From NCBI GenBank assembly GCA_019828565.1, contig JAHDYR010000066.1:310001-374000 (forward strand): a DNA stretch of 64,000 nucleotides, in the 5' to 3' direction. Positions 1 to 9,872 of this stretch are shown one piece after another. Under the pieces are notes generated by a model, which worked only from the letters and a program-made list of their open reading frames with translations, was not told the DNA's origin and ran no database searches. The position numbers were made by a program, and so were the translations under genes. The number at the start of each line of letters is the position of its first letter. Within the stretch, counting starts at the first letter, position 1. This DNA comes from Carpediemonas membranifera BICM (lineage: Eukaryota > Protista > Fornicata).

Positions 1-151
1 CGCACACGCGACACCAGCAGCACTTGCCACACTAGAGCTGGCATCCATCATTCGTAAGGTGCGGTCGAATCCGATGGTCCATGACGATCTCCACAGGGCA
101 TTAATGACGCGATACACAACGTTGATGGCGGTCGAGCGGGCTAGAGCAGGG

Positions 152-2131
152 ATGTCTACTAATTTAAGTGTGATTAAGGAGGCCAACGAGGCTCAGAAGG
201 TTTCCCTAGACCGGCTTCGGGAGGAGAAGCGGACACAGAATGACCGCATCGAGGCGCTCAATGGGGCCAATAAGGCCCTGGTCGAGCAGAAGAAGGAGCT
301 CCAGGAGCGTCTGGTGGGCTCAGAGAAGGCCCGCGTCCAGGTCAGCCGTAAGCTGCTCGAGCTGCGGCTAGCGGGGACCAAGATGGTGGAAGCGGCCGAG
401 AAGGAGAAATTCAACGCCCAAAACCAGCTGCTCGCGGTCCAGCGAGACACCGTCGAGCTCCAGAAGAAGTACGAGGAGATCACGGTGTCGGGCGCCGCGG
501 CAAACGACAAGCTAGCAGCTGTCGTCCGGCAGAGGGACGATCTTGAGACGGAGCTGAAGCGTGTCCGGGGTGAGGCGGACAGGACCGCCAAGGAGCTCGG
601 CGAGGCGAAGGAGCAGATCGATCTACTGAGCCTCGAGGTCATCAACGGGGAAAAGAGCCGCCTGGCCAGCGAGAAGGCCATGAAGGAGGCACAGGCGGAG
701 GTCCAGGCCGAGAAGGCGGCTGTGGCCGACCTGGCGGTCCGGATGAAGACGCTGAGTGCGGATCACCGCGCCGTAACGGACGAGGTGCTCGACCTGAGAC
801 GGCAGCTCGTGGAGCAGCAAGGCGAGGGGGACGCCGCCGCCGTGCACGCGAGGATGATGGCTGAGCGGAAGGATCTGGAGCTCCAGCTGAAGAACGCCGT
901 TGCAGCCCTGGGTGCGAAGGAGCGCGAGGTGACGAGGGCCGCGGTGGCCGCGGAGGCCAGCAAGGCAGAGTTCCAGGTGCGCATGGACGCGATCGACCGG
1001 CTCGAGCAGGAGTACAGGTCGCAGATCGACCATAACGCGGGACACGTCGACGATATGGCCGAGGCGCTGACCAAGGCCGTCTCGGCCATCCACAGGAACG
1101 AGACAGACCGCATCGCCGTCGCTGCAGACCACATATCCGCCGATATCTACGCGCAGGTTAAGGAGAGTGCCGCGGGGCAGGTGCGGGCGATGGACATCAG
1201 GCTGACGAGCCTCGAGTCCGCCCTCAGCATCTCCCAGGCCCAGCGGGACGGGCTAGCGGCCTCACTGCAGCAGGCGGTGGACGTCATCGAGTCGGCCGGC
1301 CTGGGTAACGCCCTTGCTGAGAAGCCCAGTCACATGCTCGAGCAGTTTAAGGCCGAGATGAAGAAGACCGAGGGCGACCAGCGCATCGTAACGCTCAAGC
1401 AGCAGCTCGCCGAGCTTGAGGCGCAGAATAAGGGGTTGAACGGCCGCATGGCGACGTTGGCGGACAAGAGCCAGCGGGCATACCTTGAGCTGGAGGAGCG
1501 GTACAGCAGCGCTGTGGCCGAGCTGAAGGCCCTGCGGACCTCGTTCAAGGACAACAACGCCGGGGCCGAGCCGTTGCGGGAGGAGAACTGGCGACTGCGA
1601 CGGGAGCTCGAGGACCTCAGGATGCGGGCCAAAGGGGAGCCTAGGGCAGCCGCACAGCAGGAGGAACGGGCCCATGAGAGGGCTAGACTAACCAGACCAG
1701 TGCCGGCCAACGTCCTGGCAGAGCTGGAGGCCGAGTTGTCCAGCTGGAAGGTGCGGGCCGTCATGGCGGAGGAGCAGCTCGCAGTGATGACGACCCGCCT
1801 CCAGTCACAGGGCCGTGCTGTGCTGGGTGCGGTCAACGCGATCAGCTCCGTCCGCCGGGCGTCCGAGGCCTCACCCGTTGCGTCCAGGAGTGGGTCGGCA
1901 TCATCGTTGCCATCCCAGAGCATCCACAGCGCAGGCAGCAGGCCGCCTAGGAGTGTTCGGACGCCCGTGCGGACGGCCAGGAGTCTATCCAGCCGGGAAC
2001 TCCGCCTCGACGAGCTTGAGATGCGAATGTCGATGCCGCCGACCGGGAGGTCCGAGTCGAGCGTGGCGTCATCCCAGTCCTATCAGACGGCGTACTCGGG
2101 CCTGTCGGGGCTCGCGGCGCTCTACGGCTGA
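152..2131 (+). CDS. Long coiled-coil protein, CCDC78/DUF4472-like
   Basis: Heptad-rich ORF. SEKARVQVSRKLLELRL...EKEKF resembles the DUF4472 motif of CCDC78. Start uncertain (ORF open from 59; ATG 152 chosen). Confidence 0.5.
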   Translation: MSTNLSVIKEANEAQKVSLDRLREEKRTQNDRIEALNGANKALVEQKKELQERLVGSEKARVQVSRKLLELRLAGTKMVEAAEKEKFNAQNQLLAVQRDTVELQKKYEEITVSGAAANDKLAAVVRQRDDLETELKRVRGEADRTAKELGEAKEQIDLLSLEVINGEKSRLASEKAMKEAQAEVQAEKAAVADLAVRMKTLSADHRAVTDEVLDLRRQLVEQQGEGDAAAVHARMMAERKDLELQLKNAVAALGAKEREVTRAAVAAEASKAEFQVRMDAIDRLEQEYRSQIDHNAGHVDDMAEALTKAVSAIHRNETDRIAVAADHISADIYAQVKESAAGQVRAMDIRLTSLESALSISQAQRDGLAASLQQAVDVIESAGLGNALAEKPSHMLEQFKAEMKKTEGDQRIVTLKQQLAELEAQNKGLNGRMATLADKSQRAYLELEERYSSAVAELKALRTSFKDNNAGAEPLREENWRLRRELEDLRMRAKGEPRAAAQQEERAHERARLTRPVPANVLAELEAELSSWKVRAVMAEEQLAVMTTRLQSQGRAVLGAVNAISSVRRASEASPVASRSGSASSLPSQSIHSAGSRPPRSVRTPVRTARSLSSRELRLDELEMRMSMPPTGRSESSVASSQSYQTAYSGLSGLAALYG

Positions 2132-2158
2132 GTTGCATAAGCTGCACTACAGTGATCG

Positions 2159-2860
2159 ATGTCGACAATTCCTGGCGGAAAGAAGACGGCGTTCGTAACA
2201 AGCATCACGCAATCTTAGCTAGCATTGTTAAAGATGGTCGCAGAAAGATCCATAGCACGTTTGATGATGGCACTGAGCTTGTCGAAGAATTCGACATCAG
2301 GAGCAACGAGCTGGTCAGTATGTCCATCCATTTCCCCTCTTACACAGTCCGCAAATGGAAGAAGCAGTCTGTCCTCACCACTTGCGAGGCTGACTGGGAA
2401 TATGAGGTTGGTGAGGCACCCACCGTCACCAACCCCCTCGCCCGCGGCCCCATCATGCGGGAGAGCAGCAGCATGGTATGCCCCGTCATCAACCACACTC
2501 ACACAGCCTAAGGTCGTCCGGCTGGACCAGCCTGACTACTTCTACTGGGAGGTCCGCAATATGCGGCACGAGCACAGCGTGTACAGCGTGTCCGCCGAGG
2601 ACAACATGATAGTCATCCGTACATCCAACAAGAAGTACTTCAAGCGCATCCCCTTGCCCGACATGGAGCGCATGAAGCTGTCCCTCAACGGCAACGAGCT
2701 GGCGGCCTCCTGGGACTCGGCCAAGGGAACTACATACCGCATAAGGTACAGGAAGCCCCCACAGGTCCTCGCCATAGAGGCCGCCGCCAGGAAGCAGCGG
2801 GAAGCGGCGTCGCAAGGCAGGGAGCAGCGTGAGGGCGATGTTGAGTGCCCCCAGCAGTAA
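2159..2860 (+). CDS. DPCD: DPCD protein, 3 micro-introns (2191-2222, 2318-2347, 2476-2506)
   Basis: Splicing gives MSTIPGGKKTAIVKDGRRKIHSTFDDGTELVEEFD...RKW...WEYEVG...IRTSNKKYFKRI...DVECPQQ, the DPCD family motifs. It joins two track ORFs. Confidence 0.88.
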
Positions 2861-2927
2861 ATCTCGAGCCATTTACGCGAGCGATGTAATATCATGTATT
2901 TATTAATATATCAACACGGTAAGGCGC

Positions 2928-3539
2928 TCATCCAACCTCAGTGACCTCGTCCGTGAGGAAGCCACCCTCGATCTTGGGCAAAACTACACTGCCGATGCTG
3001 GTCGCGTCGGGCCAGCCCTTTTGAATGTTCCTCAGCAGCTCCCCCCTCTCTCCGTCGGCCAGGGCGGGGCATACGTCAAGATGAAGACCAACGGTCGACC
3101 TGTACACGGGCTGGCCGCAGTGGTTGCAGCTCACCACCTCTCGCCCGTCCGCCAGGGGTATCTCGGGCAGAATGAAGTTCTCAACCGCAGTCAGCTGGCT
3201 GTAGAGCGGGTCTATGTCCTTGATCGCGTCCGGGTCTACCGCAAGCGGCGACATGGTGGATGTCAGTAGTGTCGCCAGGCCCGCGTTGTTTAGATTGTCA
3301 ATCGTTGCGTCGACGCCAAATACTGGAGTTTTGCCACTAAATGCTTCCCGTTTGATGTCTGCAACGGCGCGGACGGGGATATCCCGCTGTAGGGAGTCCA
3401 TCGAAGGACGAATGGCCTCTGGAAGCTCGCGGAGAAGCTTTTTCACATTACGCTTGACTTCTGTAATCAATTCAGATGATGCAGATGACTTAGCTTGATC
3501 GCCAGACATCTGGGATGGACCGTTCTTCGTGTCCGCCAT
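2928..3539 (-). CDS. Hypothetical protein with C2HC zinc finger (Sgf73/ATXN7 N-terminal-like)
   Basis: VVSCNHCGQPVYRSTVGLHLDVC motif. Family assignment is tentative and the start is approximate. Confidence 0.4.
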   Translation of the reverse strand: MADTKNGPSQMSGDQAKSSASSELITEVKRNVKKLLRELPEAIRPSMDSLQRDIPVRAVADIKREAFSGKTPVFGVDATIDNLNNAGLATLLTSTMSPLAVDPDAIKDIDPLYSQLTAVENFILPEIPLADGREVVSCNHCGQPVYRSTVGLHLDVCPALADGERGELLRNIQKGWPDATSIGSVVLPKIEGGFLTDEVTEVG

Positions 3540-3694
3540 GTTTCCGCATTTTAAGGTCACGGCCCCTGGAGCTTGCCAGGAAGGGTAGGGTAGTCCAGAG
3601 TTCCAGCGTTGTCATCCGTGTACGCACCATCTCGCCTTATGAGGGTCCCGGCAAGTGTGTGCGTATTATGCCAAGCCGAAAAATTCTGCGGCCA

Positions 3695-4846
3695 ATGCTC
3701 TCCGCTGAGGACTTGTACGCGAATGCACTAAAGCTATGCGGCGATGGTGACTATTCTACAGCTGCAGACAAGCTGCATTCAGCGATAGAACAGTACCTTG
3801 GTTCGTTTCCAGAAGGGAATCGCTCCCTTTCCGCCCCCCTCGCTCACTTAGGATCAAAAAAGGAGGATCCGACATTTTTAGCAAACATATGGCTGCTCCT
3901 CGGCGTTGCAAGCATGGAGATCACTCATTACAGCGAGTCGCTGGACGCGTTCAAGGAATCGCTCCGTCTGGTCGAACGGACGTACGGCAGGTCGCACCCG
4001 GCCACCGTATCAGTGTATGTGAATCTTGCGCTACTTCACATGCGGCAGGACAAGAACTACGAGGCCGCCACCCTCCTGGGCAAGGCTGAGCAGATGTGCA
4101 GCTCGGTCCGCGGTGCCGACCGGCTTGCACTGGCAGACGTCCTGCACAACCAGGGCTGCATTGAAGACAAGGCGGGCCGTCTGCAGGAGGCGATGGCGCT
4201 CTATTCCCGGTCTTCCATGATCCGGAAGAAGCTGCTGGGAGATCACCCCCTGCTCGCGACAACGCTCGTGAACATGGGTCAGATATGCCGTGACCAGCTG
4301 AAGTATTCCGAGGCTATTGAGCACCACCAGCGTGCCCTGTCGATCCGCGAGGCCGCCCTCGGTCCCGACCACGAGGACGTCGCCGAGTCGTGCTACTGTC
4401 TGGCATGCGTCTACTTGTCAGTCAACAAGGTCAGCCTGGCGACCAAGATGTGTCGCCGCGCCCTAGACAGCCGCTCTGCGAGGCTCCCCGCGGCCGACCC
4501 CCGTGTGCGGGAGGCCGCCCGCCTGAGCCAGCACCTCGAGTTCCTGCAGGGGTCCAGCAGCAGGAGCAAGCGGGGGACACCTCGGCCTGCCTCTGCGACC
4601 ATGATCACGGCGGCCATGCGCTATGGCCCTGCTCAGATGTCGACCCCGGTCCGGACGAGGTCCGCGGGAAGCCACACGACGCCGGCCAGACCCAGGTCTG
4701 CGCCAAGGAGCAGGTCACTGCCGACTGGAAGCTTCAGCATGCGGTCACGGAGCCAGACGGGGCGGCCGCAGACACCGTCGCTGCAGCAGACCTCCGCCCC
4801 TGTGCCGTTTAGCGTTATGGTGAGACGCCGGGACTTCCGGACTTGA
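3695..4846 (+). CDS. TPR-repeat protein (kinesin light chain/nephrocystin-3-type TPRs) with disordered tail
   Basis: Repeated HPxxA...NLA / ALSIREAALGPDHEDVA units. Start uncertain. Confidence 0.75.
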   Translation: MLSAEDLYANALKLCGDGDYSTAADKLHSAIEQYLGSFPEGNRSLSAPLAHLGSKKEDPTFLANIWLLLGVASMEITHYSESLDAFKESLRLVERTYGRSHPATVSVYVNLALLHMRQDKNYEAATLLGKAEQMCSSVRGADRLALADVLHNQGCIEDKAGRLQEAMALYSRSSMIRKKLLGDHPLLATTLVNMGQICRDQLKYSEAIEHHQRALSIREAALGPDHEDVAESCYCLACVYLSVNKVSLATKMCRRALDSRSARLPAADPRVREAARLSQHLEFLQGSSSRSKRGTPRPASATMITAAMRYGPAQMSTPVRTRSAGSHTTPARPRSAPRSRSLPTGSFSMRSRSQTGRPQTPSLQQTSAPVPFSVMVRRRDFRT

Positions 4847-4967
4847 AGCCACAGCAATGCTACTGTAGTAAAGAGATTTATGTACCGAAGTGGCCGATTT
4901 ATGTGCGGCATGGGGCGTCCATAACTATCGCGCGGCATCACCGAAGAAAGACAAAAACACCGCAATA

Positions 4968-6311
4968 ATGGCAGGAGAGGTGGTATCTTTGCATGTAGGA
5001 CAGGCTGGTGTTCAGATAGGGTGGGAATACTGGCGTAGACTGACGATGGAGCATGGAATTGAGCCCAATGGCACAGTGAAGCCAATTCCCGACGATGCAT
5101 TCGTTGCTGAGCGCAAGGACACATTCTTCAGTGAAGATGATCATGGATTGTTTATGCCCCGCGCCCTGTTCATTGACCTAGAGCCCTCTACGATCAACCA
5201 GGTCGACTCTGCGGCTCCGCTGTTGTACAACCCCGACAACCTGCTCCGCGGCATCGACGGCGACATGAGCGGCGCGGGGAACAACTGGGCTGAGGGCTAC
5301 TACCGCGGGGAGAAGTACGAGGACCTCTTCCTGGACATGATTCGGAAGGAGGTCTCGTTCGCGGACTCCGTCTCGACGATCCAGATGACCCACTCCATCG
5401 CCGGTGGCACTGGGTCAGGCCTGGGGTCATTCCTGCTGGAGAAGCTGCGGGACGAGTACCGCAAGGTGCCCGTGGTGTCCTGGTCAGTTTTCCCCCACAA
5501 GTCCGACGTCATCGTGCAGCCGTACAACTGCGTCCTAGCGCTCCAGCACCTCATTGACTACGCCGACGCCACCGTGGTGCTCGGCAACGAGGCGATATCC
5601 CGCATGAGCAGCGAGGCCGCGGCGGAGGGCATGCCCCGCACCTTCAACAACGGCGTCATCGCCGAGGCCATGTCCCTGACAACCACGCCGCCTCGCTTCC
5701 CCTCCTGGGGCCCCGGCGGCGACATGGCGCAGACGTTCTCTCTCCTGACGCCCGAGCCGATGCTGCACTTCCTGGTCCCATCGATCACCCCGCTCCCGAC
5801 AGGCTACAGGGCTGGGACAAGGATCACCAGCATGACGAACGCCCTGTCCGCACTGATGCAGCCGGACTCGCGGCTGGTCGACCTCCAGTCGGCGGGCAGG
5901 CTCATCTCGTCCGTCGCACACATCCAGGGCAACGTCAAGCAGACGGATGTGGCGCCGGCCCTTGCTGCGCTGAAGTCAGACCGGCACTTCCCCCGGCCAG
6001 TGGACTGGTGCATGTCGACTGTCATCCCACAGCATGTCGCGACATCGCCCTTCGTCACACCGAGGGCAAGGACGGTCGGGTGCATGCTGACAAACTCCAC
6101 AGGCGTCCGGCATGCGTTCTCCGGCATTGTCAGTGGGTTCGACACAATGTTCGACCGGAAGGGCTTCCTTCACCACTTCGGTGGCGACGAGAAAAAGTGG
6201 TCGCTCGAGGAGGCCGGGGAGGCGCTGAGCTGTGCGGCTATGAGCGTCAAGGACCTCTGCGCCGAGTACGAGAAGGCTGAGGGCAGCGACTACCTCGACA
6301 TCGGCTACTGA
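4968..6311 (+). CDS. TUBG: Gamma-tubulin (divergent)
   Basis: GQAGVQIG, GAGNNWA, HSIAGGTGSGLGS, SDVIVQPYN and the C-terminal DYLDIGY match gamma-tubulin rather than alpha/beta. Confidence 0.85.
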   Translation: MAGEVVSLHVGQAGVQIGWEYWRRLTMEHGIEPNGTVKPIPDDAFVAERKDTFFSEDDHGLFMPRALFIDLEPSTINQVDSAAPLLYNPDNLLRGIDGDMSGAGNNWAEGYYRGEKYEDLFLDMIRKEVSFADSVSTIQMTHSIAGGTGSGLGSFLLEKLRDEYRKVPVVSWSVFPHKSDVIVQPYNCVLALQHLIDYADATVVLGNEAISRMSSEAAAEGMPRTFNNGVIAEAMSLTTTPPRFPSWGPGGDMAQTFSLLTPEPMLHFLVPSITPLPTGYRAGTRITSMTNALSALMQPDSRLVDLQSAGRLISSVAHIQGNVKQTDVAPALAALKSDRHFPRPVDWCMSTVIPQHVATSPFVTPRARTVGCMLTNSTGVRHAFSGIVSGFDTMFDRKGFLHHFGGDEKKWSLEEAGEALSCAAMSVKDLCAEYEKAEGSDYLDIGY

Positions 6312-6813
6312 CCAGTGGCCATGGTTGATACGATTGTAAACCATAGCTGATGGCGCCCGTCCAATCGACATACCTTCCATGACACACTTGATCTCCGTCT
6401 TCACCTGTCTTCGTCTTCTTCGTCCTCTTGTTCCGACCAGGCTTGGTTGTCATGTCTACATACTTGGCTGGGTTCACGCGCGGCTTTCGACCCTTCGGTG
6501 ACCAGTAAGCACTCACCTTCCCATTGAAACGGTCAACACTTCTCAAGAGCTCCAAATCAGCGTGGCTGAAGGCATTGATCTGAGACATGTTTCTCGTCAG
6601 TTTGCCCTTGCGCTGGAGCTCCTGCGAACTCCTCCTCAGGGAGTGGCGGGGCTGGGCCGTCCGTGTCTGGCATCGGCGAAACCGGGCAGGGTCGCTCGCA
6701 CACACCAATACTATTCAGTTCACCCATCCCCCCCCACAGGAGCGCCAGAGACAGATGTGTGTCTGAATTGGCCCAAGGTGCAGTTTATGTCAAGAAAATT
6801 TGTCTGACGTTTT

Positions 6814-8469
6814 ATGGCTGAATCAGAGGTCCACATTGTTAGAGCTCTTCAGCAAGTTGGATGTGAAGTACCTGAGGACATGACACTGGCGTCTTTTGAT
6901 GCTGCCATGCTCCGTTCCGCGATCTACGTGTGCCTCGAGAAGATCAAGCCAGAGATCAAGCTTCCCGCTCAGATTACCGATGATTCCTTGGCGTCTGTCA
7001 AGTTCCGGGTTACTCAGCAGCTTGTCGATATTATCAAGGGCTGCGGCTTCATCGGCGAACTCGGCTACAACCAGCTGCTGTATCCCTCCGCCAAGGACAC
7101 CCGCGGCGTTCTCGCCTGGCTCGTTGAGCGCCTTCCCCGCCAGACCACGACGACCACGCTCTCCAAGGCGGAGCTCTTCCGAGCGGACATCCAGGCGGCC
7201 CTGAAGACGTGGACCCAGCCCCGGCTGCCCCTGTGTCTGAGGAGGTCCCAGCTGCCCACACCGTTCGAGGCAGTGACCCTGAAGATGTCCAAGCCGATGT
7301 CACAGCAGGTGACCCCGGATACGATGCTGCCGTCGATCATCGAGTCCACGCGGGTCTTCAGCCAGAAGAAGAAGACCGTGTCCAGCAAGGCAACAGCGGA
7401 ACGTCTCCAGGACTTCCGCAAGATCATTATGGACGGGCTCAACGGCGTTGTTGGTGCCGAGGTTCCTGAGGAGCCCGCTGCCGAGCAGGTGACCGGCGAG
7501 CTGTCCCGACTGGAGCAGATGGCCATGTACCAGCACGAGGACGCCGTAATCGAGACTACAGACACGGATGGGGACCTCAGCAAGGCGGATGTCGACACCC
7601 TCGTCGCCATGTCCGGCGATCTCAAGTCGAGACGCGCCGACCTCGCAGCCACCGCCCTTGCCGCCGAGAACAAGCGCTCTGCGTTCGCGGATGAGATTGA
7701 GACGGCCGAGAAGTCTATTGCTGAGCAGGCTCGTGCCCTGGAGAAGCTGGCCGTCGCCCAGGAGATGGCCGCGGACCCCGATGTCGATGAGAAGCTCGAC
7801 GCACAGGAGGCCAAGGTGTCCGGTAAGCTGGAGAGGATGCAGTCCGAGTGGAAGGAGGCCAAGGACGCCCTCATCTCCGACCTGGCGGCCGTTCAGCAGT
7901 CGATCGACACCATGGACTCCGAGCTCGAGGCCACCGCGGAACAGGCCAAGGAGCGCAAGGCGGAGGCGAGGACCCTGCTGGAGACCCTCCGGCAGAAGGA
8001 GGCCGCCATGGAGCAGGCCGCGGGCGGGACGAATGTCCGTGAGAGCATCATCGAGAGCATCCGTGACCTCCGCCGCTCCGTCGCCAAGCAGCTCGCTGAG
8101 CTCGACTCAGTCAAGGTCGAGGTCCGTGAACGGAAGATAGAGTACGATGCTGCAGCCGAGAAGAGCGCGGCCAGCTACGCCGCCGTGAAGGAGGCGATGA
8201 GCAGGCCGGGCAAGGCTGCCGATAAGCAGGCGTTCGCTGAGCTCGCCAGATCTAGGCTGAACAAGGTTCATGGCGTGTTTAAGCACCTGGAGCGGCTTAC
8301 AGAGAACATTGCGGCCACTGAACAGAAGATCGTCGAGACCGAACGTCTCGCCGCCACCGAGGGCCAGGCTGCCGGCGAGGTGCCCGTCGAGAGTGTCGCG
8401 AGGGATCTAGAGGCGCTGCGCGCCGAGAACAAGGCTCTGATGGAGCAGTTGAAGGCCAGACAGGAGTAA
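6814..8469 (+). CDS. CCDC22: CCDC22 (DUF812) Commander/CCC complex subunit
   Basis: ELGYNQLLYPS...LAWLVERLP N-terminal motif followed by coiled coil. Confidence 0.8.
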   Translation: MAESEVHIVRALQQVGCEVPEDMTLASFDAAMLRSAIYVCLEKIKPEIKLPAQITDDSLASVKFRVTQQLVDIIKGCGFIGELGYNQLLYPSAKDTRGVLAWLVERLPRQTTTTTLSKAELFRADIQAALKTWTQPRLPLCLRRSQLPTPFEAVTLKMSKPMSQQVTPDTMLPSIIESTRVFSQKKKTVSSKATAERLQDFRKIIMDGLNGVVGAEVPEEPAAEQVTGELSRLEQMAMYQHEDAVIETTDTDGDLSKADVDTLVAMSGDLKSRRADLAATALAAENKRSAFADEIETAEKSIAEQARALEKLAVAQEMAADPDVDEKLDAQEAKVSGKLERMQSEWKEAKDALISDLAAVQQSIDTMDSELEATAEQAKERKAEARTLLETLRQKEAAMEQAAGGTNVRESIIESIRDLRRSVAKQLAELDSVKVEVRERKIEYDAAAEKSAASYAAVKEAMSRPGKAADKQAFAELARSRLNKVHGVFKHLERLTENIAATEQKIVETERLAATEGQAAGEVPVESVARDLEALRAENKALMEQLKARQE

Positions 8470-8656
8470 AGGCTGGCTGTTCGTTCATCGCCCGAATGAT
8501 TTCATCTTTTTCAATTTTAGCCCTAGGGTCCTACGAGCATTTCTCTGAGTCCTAGGCATGCTGGGTATGAAATCTGGGCAGTTGTGGGGATCTCCACCGT
8601 CATTGTATTGGAATCTTCCGCGAGTCAAAAATGTAAATTGGGGTCCCGTTGCATCA

Positions 8657-9346
8657 ATGACGACCACCTTCCCCTATGGGCACCATGATCTCGAGACCGT
8701 TAAAGTGACAGTCCGACTCAATCGGAAAGTCGCAAGTGTTTTGGGCAGTTCGCTGATGGCCGCCAGTGACGAGGATGATCGGGATTCAGACGCCGAGATC
8801 GATACTGGATTCCTTGATGTCCTCGAGGACGTCGTTTTGGACGCTGATGCGGCGCTCAACTCGGGTACGGATAATAATCTAGAAGAGCATCGGCATAGGA
8901 CTGAGCCTGGACTGGGCCGTCCAAGGGGAAGATCTCACCGAGAACATCCGAACGATCAACCCCGCTTCATCCCCCGCCACACGACGCCTGCAACTAAGCT
9001 TTCACCAGAAGAGGCGAGTGTACTCCACGCCTGTTTCCAGGTAAAGAAGTACCCCTCTCGCACGGAGTTCGCCAACCTGGTCGACTACACCGGCCTAGAG
9101 CTCATACGCATCCGAAGTTGGTGGCAGAACGCCCGCACCCGCGGCGTGCCACGTACCCAGGCAATTCTCGGGACCGACATCGACCCCACCGGCATCCTGA
9201 ACGGCACAGTTAAGCGTTTCGTCGATCCGGTGACGTTCGTCGACGTCTCGATTCAGTGTGACCTCATCCCGAACGAAGTGGGTGAGCTTTTCAGCATGGG
9301 GATCCTCGACTCCCTTCTCGCCGCAGCTAACGCAGACAGACAATAA
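8657..9346 (+). CDS. Homeodomain protein
   Basis: LSPEEASVLHACF...KYPS...L...TGL...IRSWWQNARTR has homeodomain helix spacing with W48/N51/R53. Start uncertain. Confidence 0.7.
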   Translation: MTTTFPYGHHDLETVKVTVRLNRKVASVLGSSLMAASDEDDRDSDAEIDTGFLDVLEDVVLDADAALNSGTDNNLEEHRHRTEPGLGRPRGRSHREHPNDQPRFIPRHTTPATKLSPEEASVLHACFQVKKYPSRTEFANLVDYTGLELIRIRSWWQNARTRGVPRTQAILGTDIDPTGILNGTVKRFVDPVTFVDVSIQCDLIPNEVGELFSMGILDSLLAAANADRQ

Positions 9347-9872
9347 ACAGCAGCAGTTCCAGTGGTGTGGTCAAGAGACCATGCCGACCAGCACTCGACC
9401 AGCTGCTATTAGTGCCACTTGGTGATAGACAGGCAGAACTGTCACTGTGGACGGAGGATAAACTTGTGTTTCTGAGCAATGCGTGGGTGTGCTCGAGACC
9501 AATGTCGACGGGCGCTGCATGGGAAAGCAGTCTAACCCGTATTTGGGCGTCTTTGAGAGCACGCGAGGACCGAACTTGACCAGCCATGAACTGAATTTCT
9601 TCCTAATTATCGGCAGCTCAGCCCCGATCATTGGAGCATATGCCGCCATCAGCTCGACTTGAGACGAGAGTCATATCCCTGCTCATCTGACACTTGAGGA
9701 AATCAAATTTTTATCGAATCTTTTAAGCCCTACAGGGTTGTAAGGCCCGGTAACCACTGGAATGGGGAATGCTGAGGAGGATACACAGCACAGACTCCTC
9801 TGTATGTGCTTCAGGGGCAGCAAATTCTTGTCGGTGCAGTTTAAGGCTCAAAACGTCGTTAACAGCCTGGAA

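Noticed and set aside
6247-6708. Small basic minus-strand ORF between gamma-tubulin and CCDC22
   Set aside because: It overlaps the tubulin 3' end, and I could not recognise a family or a supported exon structure.
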